From the IMG/VR virus record IMGVR_UViG_3300036982_000137, positions 1 to 35,332 of that record: DNA of 35,332 bases. One strand, 5' to 3'. The position numbers and the translations under genes are program-made. The notes beneath the pieces are model-generated. The model searched no databases, was not told the DNA's origin, and was given only the letters and a program-made list of their open reading frames with translations. The stretch is from a virus (Duplodnaviria > Caudoviricetes). Shown piece after piece: positions 1 to 10,031 of the stretch; within the stretch, counting starts at the first letter, position 1, and each line of letters starts with the position of its first letter.

Positions 1-194
1 GGGTCATAGACGTTCTTTGACTTTTCTTCTTCTTCCCTTATGTGCGCTTCTAATTGCTCTTGAATCTTGAAGAACTCAGTGAGTTGTTTGACAATATCGA
101 CTTTGACTTGGGTTTCGTCAACGGCAACGAACTTTTCCTTCTTTTTCGCCACAGACTTTGGCGTAGAGGCAACTGTTGCTGGTTTACCCTTAGA
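1..194. repeat. Terminal direct repeat, left copy (circular permutation or assembly overlap)
   Basis: Identical to 35139-35332 except positions 128 (C/T), 135 (T/G) and 138 (C/T). Lies inside a CDS. Confidence 0.97.
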
Positions 195-374
195 CTTAAA
201 GAAGTTACTAAAGTTACTCCAAAAACCAGTAACTTCCTTATATATGCCAACAGCTTCGTCAACAGTGGACTTGACCTCCATAAAGGAAGTCTTGACCTGT
301 TTGTAAAGGTCACAGCCTTCTCTGATTGCTGCAACACAAGCATTGGCGGCAAAGAGTAGGCTGATCGGATCAAT
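1..374 (-). CDS. N-terminal part of a junction-spanning protein (~235 aa, C-terminal TM helix); first gene of the lysis region
   Basis: Open frame IDPISLLFAANACVAAIREGCDLYKQVKTSFMEVK... continues through the repeat into 34805..35290. Not in the ORF track. Probable ATT start at 374-372 after GGGG. Confidence 0.8.
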   Translation of the reverse strand, partial: MDPISLLFAANACVAAIREGCDLYKQVKTSFMEVKSTVDEAVGIYKEVTGFWSNFSNFFKSKGKPATVASTPKSVAKKKEKFVAVDETQVKVDIVKQLTEFFKIQEQLEAHIREEEEKSKNVYD

Positions 375-383
375 TTTTAACCC

Positions 384-3164
384 CTATTCTTCTTCAACAA
401 CAGCTTCTTGTGGTCTAACCACTTCGCTTGGGCTTGCAGCAGCGGAAACACCAAAATAATTTTGTCTCAATGCTCCCATGCCAATAGCAGTAACCATTTT
501 TTTCACATCATCTGGACTAATTAATCGATTTAATTGAATCTCATCGCCTTTTTTAGTAAAGAATTTGGTAGATGCGTTGACAATTACACCCACTCCATTG
601 TCATCCAAAAATAATTTTCGTTGTGCTTCTTTCGTAGCGTTATCTATGTTGGTTTGACCAATCAATGAAAGAATGCGAAACCCTTTATTAAAAACGCTGG
701 CAATTTGATTTACCAAAATTCCAGAAATTCTTTGAGGGGCTATGCCACCCATTGCTCTTTGCAATGCAGACTCTTGTTCTGTTGCAACTTTGCTGAAATT
801 TAATTTACTAATATCAAGAGTTTTAGACAGTCTTGAAACATCAGCAAGTGCACTCAAATTTTTGTACTCGTTTACTCCAAATACCCTAATAAAAGCATCA
901 GAGTTTTTAGACAAATAATCAAAAGGATTCGGACTATTTAACATACTACCAACTAAACCATTTTTCACAGCAAACAAACTATTTTTTTGTTCATTAGAAG
1001 GTAGCTTTTTTAGATCAGTAAAAAACTTGTTAAGGTATCCTTTTCTAGTTTCACCAGTCATCTTTGATACTATGCCATCTACTCCACTAATGTCATAGTC
1101 TTTCAAAAAACTTTGCCCTGCTTTGCTCATCGAATCTCTTGCGGCATCATCAATAGCAATTTTTTCAGAAGATAAATATTGCGCCTTAAGCCCAGTGTCA
1201 GACAATCTTTGTTTTAACGCAGGAAGTTGGTCAAGAATGTCGATATAACCACCATTTGTACTGGTTTTAGATAACAAATTATCCAGTTTCAATGGGTCAA
1301 TGACACCATTCTTGTCAAGTGCTTTGTTGTATAGCTTTGACATAACAGATTTTTCTGCTAATGAAACACCTTCATCTCCTGCAACACGCAAAAACTGATT
1401 TAATGCAGTTGGGCTAGAGGCAATCAACGGAGAGATTTTTTCAGCGTAATCAGAAGAACTAATTTTTTCAATAGCGGCGGCATCTTTAAATGGAATACCA
1501 ACTTTATTGTAATAATCAGTATCAAGTGTTGTCATTGCTTGACCAAAAGGTAATTTTTCACCTCTAAAGTCAATCACTATGTTTCCGTTAGAATTTTGTA
1601 CTTTGTCTAATGCTTCATCAATTTTTGTTTGAAATGAACGCAATTTATCTTGTCTATTGGCATCACGAACTTCTCTAATATCTTGAGCAACACGCCTTTT
1701 CAAAGAATCAAGGCTTGTTATATCCATGCCCATTGTTAGGTCTGGTGCAGTGGTAGCTGGCAAAGTAGTTCCTTCACCAGTTGGCACTGCTTGTCTACGC
1801 ATTGCTTTAAACTTTGAAGATTGTTCTCTAACAAGTTTCAATAATGGCGCTTCTTTTGCCCAAGGGTCACTTTGAAACAAATTTTCTGCTGTCCGCAATA
1901 AATTCTGAGTATCTTGCGCTGGCAACAATGCACCCTGACTAGATGCTTGCGTCAACACTGAATCGTATTCAGGTCGCAAAGCATTCCTAGCCGCTTTTTC
2001 TTTAGAAATAACTAAGTTTTGAATTGCAGTGCCAATCTCTACTGGTTTTGTGCCTCCAGCAATGTCGAATTGTCCTGTTAGTTTGTTTAATTGATTATCA
2101 ATAAAGGTGATTCGTTGGTTGTAGTCAGTTTCTGTTTGAGAAACCTTTGCCTGTCCTGATGGAATTTCACCGCTAGGTCTTGGATACAACTCTTGTGATT
2201 TTTTACGAACAGCCGTTTTAAGCTCAGAATAAATATTATTTAATTCTGTTGCAAATTCCACATCATCAGTGGCTAATTTTTTCAAGGTACTGCTTAACAC
2301 AAGATTATCTAACCCTGCAATTGCCGCACCGCCTTTTTTACCAGTAACAAATTCAATTTTGCTTTGTATGTTTTCTAATTTTTGTTGAAGCAATGGGTCT
2401 GTCTTAATGGCTTTTTCAATAATATCTTTTGCTCTTGAAACGCCTTCAACATTTGCTAAATCTTCTACATCAATATCTCTCAATGATAGACGATCACCAA
2501 GCATTTGACCTGCTTTGATAGTTCCACCTCCAGACAAAAGAGAACCAACAACTGAGCCTATTACCTGACCGGGAGCCCCAAAATATTGTCCCCCTGCCTC
2601 GCCACCATATTCACCACCCAAAGCACTAACTCCAGTAATGGCTGTTTGTACGCCTACGCCTTTTTGAAAGAGTCCTAGTCCACGAGCCGCATTGGTCAAT
2701 CCTTGTCTGGCAATACCTGCACCACCAAAAAGATTTAATGGGTCTGCTACCGCACCAGAAACTGTCCCAACGGCTCTTTGCAGTTGCGATGCAGGACGCA
2801 TCTCAGGCTTTAAACCCAATTCTCTTTGGAATTGAGTATAGGCTTGTCCTGCCGTACCTTGAGGCGGCAATTGAGATGGGAATTCGCCATCACTTAAGCC
2901 ATAAAGAGCACTACTTTCAGCCATAAGTGCAGGAATGTTAGATAAACTTCTTCCAACACTTTCCCTTACATACTCACCCATTGTTGGAGGAGCAGGTTCA
3001 TCTCCCATTGTTTGTAATATAAAAGGAACATCGCCTCTTGCATTTTCTGGAGATTCCATAATACGCATAGAAGCGGCAATCTCAGCCAACCTGCGAGCAT
3101 CTTCTGCATTCCCTGCGGCATCAGCATTACGCAATGCTTGAATCACTTCATCATAAGTTGCCAT
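384..3164 (-). CDS. Large internal virion (ejection) protein, 926 aa
   Basis: Last and largest of three helical, A/G/Q-rich genes after the tail genes. N-terminal ALRNADAAGNAEDARRLA and a Gly-rich hydrophobic segment are typical of podovirus ejectosome proteins. Assignment is largely positional. Confidence 0.7.
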   Translation of the reverse strand: MATYDEVIQALRNADAAGNAEDARRLAEIAASMRIMESPENARGDVPFILQTMGDEPAPPTMGEYVRESVGRSLSNIPALMAESSALYGLSDGEFPSQLPPQGTAGQAYTQFQRELGLKPEMRPASQLQRAVGTVSGAVADPLNLFGGAGIARQGLTNAARGLGLFQKGVGVQTAITGVSALGGEYGGEAGGQYFGAPGQVIGSVVGSLLSGGGTIKAGQMLGDRLSLRDIDVEDLANVEGVSRAKDIIEKAIKTDPLLQQKLENIQSKIEFVTGKKGGAAIAGLDNLVLSSTLKKLATDDVEFATELNNIYSELKTAVRKKSQELYPRPSGEIPSGQAKVSQTETDYNQRITFIDNQLNKLTGQFDIAGGTKPVEIGTAIQNLVISKEKAARNALRPEYDSVLTQASSQGALLPAQDTQNLLRTAENLFQSDPWAKEAPLLKLVREQSSKFKAMRRQAVPTGEGTTLPATTAPDLTMGMDITSLDSLKRRVAQDIREVRDANRQDKLRSFQTKIDEALDKVQNSNGNIVIDFRGEKLPFGQAMTTLDTDYYNKVGIPFKDAAAIEKISSSDYAEKISPLIASSPTALNQFLRVAGDEGVSLAEKSVMSKLYNKALDKNGVIDPLKLDNLLSKTSTNGGYIDILDQLPALKQRLSDTGLKAQYLSSEKIAIDDAARDSMSKAGQSFLKDYDISGVDGIVSKMTGETRKGYLNKFFTDLKKLPSNEQKNSLFAVKNGLVGSMLNSPNPFDYLSKNSDAFIRVFGVNEYKNLSALADVSRLSKTLDISKLNFSKVATEQESALQRAMGGIAPQRISGILVNQIASVFNKGFRILSLIGQTNIDNATKEAQRKLFLDDNGVGVIVNASTKFFTKKGDEIQLNRLISPDDVKKMVTAIGMGALRQNYFGVSAAASPSEVVRPQEAVVEEE

Positions 3165-3171
3165 AATTACC

Positions 3172-4815
3172 TCAAGGTTTTTTTGTTAGATATTTGTTTA
3201 CTAACGCATCATCAGATTCTGTGGTTTTTAAAGAAGGTTTTTTTCTAAACTCAGGAATATCTGATGCTAAATCAAAATCTTCATCTGTAAAATTAGACCG
3301 TTTGGCAAGAGTTCTTTGGGCTTCTATTTCTGCTCGACCTTTTTGTAAAGCAACTTTGCGAATAGCTTTAATCGTATTTTTGATTTTTTGTTGAGTATCA
3401 ATTGATGGAGTTGCTGATATTGCTGTAGATGCAAGATCAAAAACACCACCTAAAATAGATGGGTCGCCACCAGATGCTTGAATTTCTTTTTGACTCAAGT
3501 CTCCACCAGCTAATGCTTTTGCTAATTGCACACGAGCCGCATTAAACGCAATAAAATTATTCTCGTTCATCGACAGCCCAATATTTATCAATGCGTTGTC
3601 TGCCGCATTAACAGTATCTCTGAATGGTTTAACTGTAGCAATTATGTCTGATCGTAGTTTAGGAATATCCTTGTATTCTTTTATTCCTGAACTTGGTACT
3701 GTGGCTTTAGCCTCTTTTAATCGAGTTTCTTCTATTCGTTTGTTTACTTCTCCTTTTTGACTAGGAGTAAGGTTTGCAAAAGACTTGTTTTCAAACATTT
3801 CCCCTGCATATGCTTCTCTTTGATCTCCAAAAGATAGTTGCTTATCTGGTCTTTCATAAGTTGCAAGTTCAGCTTCAAGTGCTGCCCTTTCACTAGGTCG
3901 CAATAACAATCCACCAGTTTCAGGGCTTAAGATACGAGTAATTTCAGCAACTCTTGCACCAGTAGCTTGTTTATCTGGCAACTTATCAGTACCTTTTAAT
4001 AATTCAGCAACTCTTGTTTCAAAAGCATCGCCCTCAAGACCTTCTGCTGTAGCAATTCTTTCAGCTTGTTGCACGCTGGCAGTTATTCCTTGTCTTGCTG
4101 TAGTAGTTGCTTGTTTAATTTGAATTGCTGATTTCCTTGCATTGTCAGCAATACTCATCGCAAACTCAGGATCGTACTGAGCAATTTCTTGTGCAATTTT
4201 CATTTGTTGAGCAGGATTACTAGGGTCAAGCCTTTTCATGATTGCGTTACGCATTGAGATTTGCTGTAACTGTGGGTCTTTACCACCCAAAGCACTGCCA
4301 ATAGCACCACCCAACTGTTGACCACCCATAGCTAGGCCGTATGAAGCCTTTTCAAAAGGAGTAAGTCTTGCAAATTGCATTGCTCTAGCTTGCATTGCTT
4401 CATTTTGCTTTTGTTGGTACAAAGCACGTTGCATGGCTTCTACTTCAGGAAACATTCCTAAGACACTTGTTGGTGCTGATGATGCTGGCGCACTAAATTG
4501 TGAATCAATTTTTAAATTAGGAAAAAGATCACTCTGTCCAGATAATAGTGATGCTGATGCTAGTGCTGGCGCTGGCGCTGTCGCTGGTGCTGATTCTGGT
4601 TCTGGTGCTGTACCGCTATTTGTTGATGTTGACAAATCATCAAACAAACGAGGCTGAAGTCGGTCTGGTGTGAAAACAAGTTCTTTTTTAGGTTGAATAG
4701 TCCAAGAACCTTGTCCCTCATCAGTTACTATACGGGGATTCCATACATATGTAAATTCCATTCCATTTTGAATAAAATCTTCTGGTTTTGATTGAATATT
4801 GTTTGTTTCAGCCAT
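3172..4815 (-). CDS. Internal virion (ejection) protein
   Basis: Start refined to MAETNN (AAGGA upstream). GGQQLGGAIGSALGGKDP motif, Q-rich helices, middle position of the ejection triad. Confidence 0.7.
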   Translation of the reverse strand: MAETNNIQSKPEDFIQNGMEFTYVWNPRIVTDEGQGSWTIQPKKELVFTPDRLQPRLFDDLSTSTNSGTAPEPESAPATAPAPALASASLLSGQSDLFPNLKIDSQFSAPASSAPTSVLGMFPEVEAMQRALYQQKQNEAMQARAMQFARLTPFEKASYGLAMGGQQLGGAIGSALGGKDPQLQQISMRNAIMKRLDPSNPAQQMKIAQEIAQYDPEFAMSIADNARKSAIQIKQATTTARQGITASVQQAERIATAEGLEGDAFETRVAELLKGTDKLPDKQATGARVAEITRILSPETGGLLLRPSERAALEAELATYERPDKQLSFGDQREAYAGEMFENKSFANLTPSQKGEVNKRIEETRLKEAKATVPSSGIKEYKDIPKLRSDIIATVKPFRDTVNAADNALINIGLSMNENNFIAFNAARVQLAKALAGGDLSQKEIQASGGDPSILGGVFDLASTAISATPSIDTQQKIKNTIKAIRKVALQKGRAEIEAQRTLAKRSNFTDEDFDLASDIPEFRKKPSLKTTESDDALVNKYLTKKP

Positions 4816-4825
4816 GATTTTTTCC

Positions 4826-5899
4826 TTATTGACCCCAAGAACCACCATAAGCACTTTCTGGAGTGCTATACAGACTATTCCAATCACTTGCTTGTGATGG
4901 GTTGTAATTTATTGTTTGAGGTCTGTTCTCCCACCAGTTTGCAACACCTTGACCAAATTGCGAGCTACCTCCAAGATTTTGGAGAGTCTCAGAAAATGGG
5001 TTGTATGAATTAGCTTGTTGTTGAGTCAATGCCGCACCCATACCACCAGCAAGCAATGATCTACCAGCATTAGCACCATAAGCAGCCGCTTGACCACCCA
5101 ATCCAGCACCCAAGGTTAACGCTTGTTGTCCCATTGATTCAATTTCCTGTCCACCGCCCAAATACGTTGTAAACGGATTTAATGCACCGACTTGACCAGC
5201 TTGATACTGACTCATCAACTGAGAACCACTACCAAGCAATCCAGTACCAAACGCAACATTCTGTTGACCAGCCTGTTGAGCATTAGCAGCCAACTGAGCA
5301 TCTTGTTGAGCCATAGCGTTGTAGTACGCTTCCATTTCAGGAGAGGCAGCACCAAATCCAGCCGCACCGCTAGGACGCATACCTGTAGCACCAACAGATA
5401 AACCACCACGACCCTGTTGATACAACTGGTTCTGCAATTGAGCCATTGATCTCTCACGGCTAGGAGCAAGCAAGTCCTGCTGTTGTTGCATATATTGCGC
5501 CGCAACCTGTTGAGGAGTCTGTTGCAGATACTGTTGACCCAAACCAAACAGTCCACCAGCCGCTTGCTGAAGTGGAGCGTATTGTTGCTGCGCCATCTCA
5601 GCCTGAGTCAATGCACCGCCTGTAAGAGCTTGTAGACGGTCTTGGTAAGCCCTTAACTCAGGACTGACATCGTAACCAGCCCCAGTTACATACCCTTCAG
5701 GACTCATCTGAAAGTTAGATGTACCGTATCTGGTAGTTATGCCAACAGGCCGAAACTTTGCCGCATCCGCTGCAATTTGTGCCGCCCGTAATTGAGCATC
5801 GGCTGAAGTCTTTGCTGCACTTTTTGCGGACTCCCCTTGCATGTAGCCACCTAATAGCGATGCTCCTCCCATTACTAATTGCGCTGTTGTAAATGGCAT
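4826..5899 (-). CDS. Internal virion / pilot (ejection) protein
   Basis: N-terminal GGASLLGG, Q/A/G-rich low complexity typical of P22 gp7/gp20-like DNA transfer proteins. Confidence 0.7.
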   Translation of the reverse strand: MPFTTAQLVMGGASLLGGYMQGESAKSAAKTSADAQLRAAQIAADAAKFRPVGITTRYGTSNFQMSPEGYVTGAGYDVSPELRAYQDRLQALTGGALTQAEMAQQQYAPLQQAAGGLFGLGQQYLQQTPQQVAAQYMQQQQDLLAPSRERSMAQLQNQLYQQGRGGLSVGATGMRPSGAAGFGAASPEMEAYYNAMAQQDAQLAANAQQAGQQNVAFGTGLLGSGSQLMSQYQAGQVGALNPFTTYLGGGQEIESMGQQALTLGAGLGGQAAAYGANAGRSLLAGGMGAALTQQQANSYNPFSETLQNLGGSSQFGQGVANWWENRPQTINYNPSQASDWNSLYSTPESAYGGSWGQ

Positions 5900-5900
5900 A

Positions 5901-6221
5901 TTATTCCCCTTTAATCAAAATTTCATCCACCTTAGACGGGTCTGTCTCGTCAGTGGCATGAATACAAAACCAAACACAATCTGTTATTGCCTTAACGCCA
6001 TGCGTCAAGCCAGCCTTAATTTCAATACAAGCAGGAGCTTCAACAATCTCAAGTTCCTCCCCCTTTAACACCACCACCTTGCCCATAGCCAATATCGACA
6101 AATGGCTGAAGTTATGGGTATGTTTTAGAACAGACATTCCTGCCTTAAAGAACGATTCTTTGGCATAAAGTCCATCACTAAAATGATGGGTAATCCCGAA
6201 TTGAAGATCATTGGGCTTCAT
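5901..6221 (-). CDS. Cupin-fold protein
   Basis: HHFSDGLYAKE...KHTHNFSHLS...GLTHGV...CIH cupin metal-binding pattern. Start at the ATGA overlap with the upstream stop. Confidence 0.75.
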   Translation of the reverse strand: MKPNDLQFGITHHFSDGLYAKESFFKAGMSVLKHTHNFSHLSILAMGKVVVLKGEELEIVEAPACIEIKAGLTHGVKAITDCVWFCIHATDETDPSKVDEILIKGE

Positions 6222-6943
6222 GCTGTACGTTTCCACATGAACACAGTTATGTACGGCTGGTAGTTTGCATTTGTGCCACTTGTACCATCTGTAGCTGTTG
6301 ACCCTGATAGTGTGTGGTTGTGGTTGGCATCCATACTGAAAGTTGATACTCCATAAAATCCGCCACCATCGTATAAAACTCCTGCACCAGTTGCTGTAAA
6401 TACACCTGATGCGCCAGCATTAACTGCCTTAGCACCAACATTACCCGTCAAAGTTGTAGTGGTTGAAACGGCTAATGTACCTGTAGTGTGGCTGTGAGTT
6501 GGAAGTGTTGCATCAGCAGCACCGCCTGTTTCTTCAGCAGTATCAAATAGCGCATTCCCTGAATCAAAGCCAACCATGACACGACCAGCACCAAACGCTG
6601 TCCATGTACCAAATCCTAATGATGTTGCAGGATTAGTTGAACTTGTTGCATTGATGTAAATAGCACCTACTGGATACAAAGCAGACAATGCCGCTTGAAC
6701 AAATGCAGTAGTGGCAAGAGCAGTTGTACTATTACCTAAAGATTGAGTAGTTCCTATTGTTCCTGTAGGAAGTGTAGGAGTACCTGTAAATGTGGGAGAG
6801 GCCAAATCTGCTTTAGTTGCAACAGCAGTAGCAATGTTATTGAACTCAGTGTCAATCTCAGTGCCTTTGACAATCTTTAAGGCATTGCCAGAAGCCAAAG
6901 CATCTTTGGTTGCAAAGTTGGTACTCTTTGTGTAATTACTCAA
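6218..6943 (-). CDS. Tail fibre / tail-tip protein with T4 gp10 C-terminal-like domain
   Basis: EIDTEFNNIATA N-terminal anchor, ATTAFV repeat, YPVGAIY...GFGTW..FGAGRV and C-terminal QPYITVFMWKRTA. TTG start. Confidence 0.75.
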   Translation of the reverse strand: MSNYTKSTNFATKDALASGNALKIVKGTEIDTEFNNIATAVATKADLASPTFTGTPTLPTGTIGTTQSLGNSTTALATTAFVQAALSALYPVGAIYINATSSTNPATSLGFGTWTAFGAGRVMVGFDSGNALFDTAEETGGAADATLPTHSHTTGTLAVSTTTTLTGNVGAKAVNAGASGVFTATGAGVLYDGGGFYGVSTFSMDANHNHTLSGSTATDGTSGTNANYQPYITVFMWKRTA

Positions 6944-6954
6944 AATATTCCCCT

Positions 6955-8514
6955 TTAACTTATCTTGCCATTTTTGGCTTGAATTTCAATTTTTTGAATT
7001 GACAATGGAGTTCCATCAATGTCAGATTCATAACCTGTTTGCACAACCTTGCCTGATCCAGACGCTGCAACTTTCAATGTCTGCAATGCAACGCCATCAG
7101 AATAATAGGAAATAACTGTTGCATTAGCACCATATTCAGCAATGCCATAGTAGTAAACATCTTGCTCTGGAATTACTGTGTTTTCAGACAAATAATTTGT
7201 TTTAAAATCAAATCCCCACTTAAATGTAACGTCTTGATTTGTTCCACCAATAACGACATTAGACAATTTCTTCAAAATAGAAGTTACATTCTGATCACCA
7301 AGATCAGCATGGTTGGTGTAGTAAAGCATCCTGTAAGCAGTTGCATGATCTTGGAAAGTTCCATACAAGCCTATATACCCGTTCTGACCTATGTAAAGCG
7401 TGCCATCCCTGCGAAATAAAAACGACTTAGGCGTGATTGTGTCCCATACGGTAACCCTTGCAGAGCCATCAGGCAGATATGCCTTGGTATCAAAACACCA
7501 AGTAGTATCAATGGTTGGAGTCACCAACAGGTAAAACGCTTCTCTTTCAGAATAAATAGACTTGATGTTTGCCAGTGTCTCACCAGCTACAGTACTCATC
7601 AAGTCATTGCGAATATTCTTAGACAAGTCTCGTTCTGGTGCAGACTTCTCCTGAATCGTTCTCATCAAAGACCGAACACCAGAATTAGACAAGAACAGAA
7701 CATCAGTGCTGGTTGTCTGAATGCTATCCCTTGCAATACAACCAATGCCCTCAACAGTATCACTCAACTGCATTGAAGCTGGCGTAGTTGCACCTTGATA
7801 AATCAGAATCTGACGCTTACCAAAGATAAACAGAAATCCATTATGTGCAGCAAGTCCTGTAATTTCATCAGCACCATTGACCCAAACACGGTCTACATTC
7901 AAAGAACCTGACGTACCTGTTGACCAAACATGACCAGCAATCAAGTCAGAGAAGAAGACAGTAGAGTTATTTGTTGTTGTAGTTGCGACCCACAATCTAC
8001 CAAAAGCAGAAATTGCAATGTTGGCATCAGGCACAGTACCTACATAACCCGTCTTCTCCGACACCCTACGAAATGTTGTAGTACTGATAGCAGGGTCATA
8101 GATCAGTGGGTTGAAGCCTGACTGAAAGAAGTATGTGATGTTGTTTAAAGACGCTGCTTGCCAATTGCTTGCCGTGATTGTTGGTGCAGTACCACCGCCA
8201 CCATAAGTCAACTCAACAACAGCATTAGACCCGTCAAGTTTGAATAATTTGTTGTTGCCAGCAAATAGAACAGTCAAAGTCCCATCAGCTTGCACTAATT
8301 CATGGATGACTTTTACATCATTTGCACCAAGAGTTCCAGAAGAAGAATTGACTCTTGAGTAACCTTTGCGTGAACCAATACGACCGTACTGGTCAATGAT
8401 GCAGTTTGTCGCAACCAAAGCAAAGCCAGCATTCAAATCAAGAGGCGAGTCTTGAGTATTCAACCCGTAAAATCCTGGGGCTGAAATGCTATATGTTTGA
8501 ATTGCTTGGCTCAT
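6955..8514 (-). CDS. Tail nozzle (tail tubular protein B / P22 gp10-like)
   Basis: GFYGLNT N-terminus, beta-propeller-like repeats, GIGCIARDSI motif, directly after the adaptor gene. Confidence 0.75.
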   Translation of the reverse strand: MSQAIQTYSISAPGFYGLNTQDSPLDLNAGFALVATNCIIDQYGRIGSRKGYSRVNSSSGTLGANDVKVIHELVQADGTLTVLFAGNNKLFKLDGSNAVVELTYGGGGTAPTITASNWQAASLNNITYFFQSGFNPLIYDPAISTTTFRRVSEKTGYVGTVPDANIAISAFGRLWVATTTTNNSTVFFSDLIAGHVWSTGTSGSLNVDRVWVNGADEITGLAAHNGFLFIFGKRQILIYQGATTPASMQLSDTVEGIGCIARDSIQTTSTDVLFLSNSGVRSLMRTIQEKSAPERDLSKNIRNDLMSTVAGETLANIKSIYSEREAFYLLVTPTIDTTWCFDTKAYLPDGSARVTVWDTITPKSFLFRRDGTLYIGQNGYIGLYGTFQDHATAYRMLYYTNHADLGDQNVTSILKKLSNVVIGGTNQDVTFKWGFDFKTNYLSENTVIPEQDVYYYGIAEYGANATVISYYSDGVALQTLKVAASGSGKVVQTGYESDIDGTPLSIQKIEIQAKNGKIS

Positions 8515-9158
8515 GTTGGTACAAACTCCTGATTTTCAGGGTAGCGAGTACCTTCCAAAGCAATCTGGTCAGACAACATAGATTTGTACAACAAATACGC
8601 CTCAGATGAAGACAGACCACCATCTTCACCACGCTCAACCAGTGCCCTAGCATAAGCATTTTGAGCCACTAAAACATCACTCACCAGTACAACTGTTGAA
8701 CCAGATGAGAGTGTTGCTTGCGGAACTGTTAAAGCAAACTTGATTGTGTATACACCATCAGGGATTGGGTATAGATTGACTTTAGTGTCGTATGAGGCAT
8801 CAACCCCATCAAAAGCAAATTCAGTGGGGATTGAGTTGACCAGTGGCGTAAAGTTTAGCTTGCGGTTCATGTCCACAAAGCTGATGTTAATCAAGCCAAC
8901 ATTGCTTGTGGTGTTGATTACATCCATTACTTGAAACTTCTGACCAGCACCCGTTAAAGAATAAGCTGGTGTAGATGCAGCAGTAGTGACTGTGATTGTT
9001 TGACCCAATGCGTTCCACGAAAAGGCATCTTCAATCTGACGCTTTGCATCATTGACAAACTTGCCAATCAGGGTTGAATAAGATGTTTCAGTTGTCGTAG
9101 AAACAGTTGTCTCACGCAACCTTACGAGTACATCATTGATTAATTCAAGGTAGGTCAT
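8511..9158 (-). CDS. Head-tail adaptor (tail tubular protein A / T7 gp11-like)
   Basis: MTYLELINDVLVRLRE...FVNDAKRQIE..FSW and LYPIPD motifs. Confidence 0.75.
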   Translation of the reverse strand: MTYLELINDVLVRLRETTVSTTTETSYSTLIGKFVNDAKRQIEDAFSWNALGQTITVTTAASTPAYSLTGAGQKFQVMDVINTTSNVGLINISFVDMNRKLNFTPLVNSIPTEFAFDGVDASYDTKVNLYPIPDGVYTIKFALTVPQATLSSGSTVVLVSDVLVAQNAYARALVERGEDGGLSSSEAYLLYKSMLSDQIALEGTRYPENQEFVPT

Positions 9159-9490
9159 GTTCTTGTCAACCCTTCTTCTTCAAATGTGGCTATAAAACTA
9201 AATGAGCTTGCAGATTGAGTAGTTATTTTTAACTTATCGCCTTCTTCAAAAACAATGTAGGCATTGCCATCAAACTGCAAATAGGTCTTTGATGTGAAAT
9301 CGTATTGAGTCAATATATCAAGAGTTGTATTAGCACTTGCGTCAAACCATTGAACAGTAATGTGCTTGGTAGAACCGCCTGTATTGTGGATATACATTAC
9401 AGTAAATTTAGAGTAATAGCCAGTAGGACAGGTATAGACTGTAGTGTCTACTGCCGCTGTAGGACTAATACCAACTGATAATGCTCTCAT
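9155..9490 (-). CDS. Hypothetical beta-rich virion protein
   Basis: TTVYTCP...FEEGDKLKIT pattern; ATGA-coupled within the late operon. Confidence 0.6.
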   Translation of the reverse strand: MRALSVGISPTAAVDTTVYTCPTGYYSKFTVMYIHNTGGSTKHITVQWFDASANTTLDILTQYDFTSKTYLQFDGNAYIVFEEGDKLKITTQSASSFSFIATFEEEGLTRT

Positions 9491-9789
9491 TTTGCTTTTG
9501 CCTTGTTCCTTGCGGATATAGCTTGAGCTTTTGCCTTTGCGTCAGCCTTTGAGGATGCACCCCATGCCTTAAGCGAAAGAAGCAGTCTTGTTGGTTCACC
9601 ATCCTTGTACTCTGCACCGCTGTTACCAGCCATACGAGCCAAGAAACTTGCTCTGCGAGGGTTATCCCCCGACTTTACTGGTGCTTTCAGATTGCCACCA
9701 GTTTCCGCATTATAAGATGCTCTGCCCTTGGCATTCAACCCCCCTTTGGGATTTTGACCAGCTTTTGTTTGCCAAGTAGGTGATTTCAT
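9487..9789 (-). CDS. Small basic protein (DUF6321-like)
   Basis: WQTKAGQNPKGGLNAKGRASY...RRASFLARM...SLKAWG motif, recognised from memory. Confidence 0.65.
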   Translation of the reverse strand: MKSPTWQTKAGQNPKGGLNAKGRASYNAETGGNLKAPVKSGDNPRRASFLARMAGNSGAEYKDGEPTRLLLSLKAWGASSKADAKAKAQAISARNKAKAK

Positions 9790-9797
9790 CTTTTACC

Positions 9798-10031
9798 TCA
9801 TCTGTAACTAGCCGTTTTCTTTGCAATCTTCTTTGGTTGCTTTACAAACTGTTTACCAGCCGCAGTACCCTTGCGCTTGGCTTTAGTGGTTGCCGCATAC
9901 TCAGCAGCACTCAAAGACTTGATTGCAGCCTCTGGCAAATACCTCTCACCTGTCTCAGACGATGGTTTACCACTCTTGGTACGCCACTTCTGCTTACCCC
10001 AATCTTTGAGAGATTGCTGTGGGTCTTTCAT
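9798..10031 (-). CDS. Small basic protein (DUF5872-like, C-terminal half)
   Basis: QQSLKDWGKQKWRTK...ERYLPEAAIKSLS..EYAATTKAKRKG...KQFV. Confidence 0.65.
   Translation of the reverse strand: MKDPQQSLKDWGKQKWRTKSGKPSSETGERYLPEAAIKSLSAAEYAATTKAKRKGTAAGKQFVKQPKKIAKKTASYR

Noticed and set aside
50-373. ORF-track calls 50..373(-), 54..359(+) and 67..306(+)
   Set aside because: These are shadows of the junction-spanning gene in another minus-strand frame.
384-386. Genome-wide TAG recoding
   Set aside because: Core genes are intact under the standard code, and TAG ends other plausible genes (34805, 29407, 33211).
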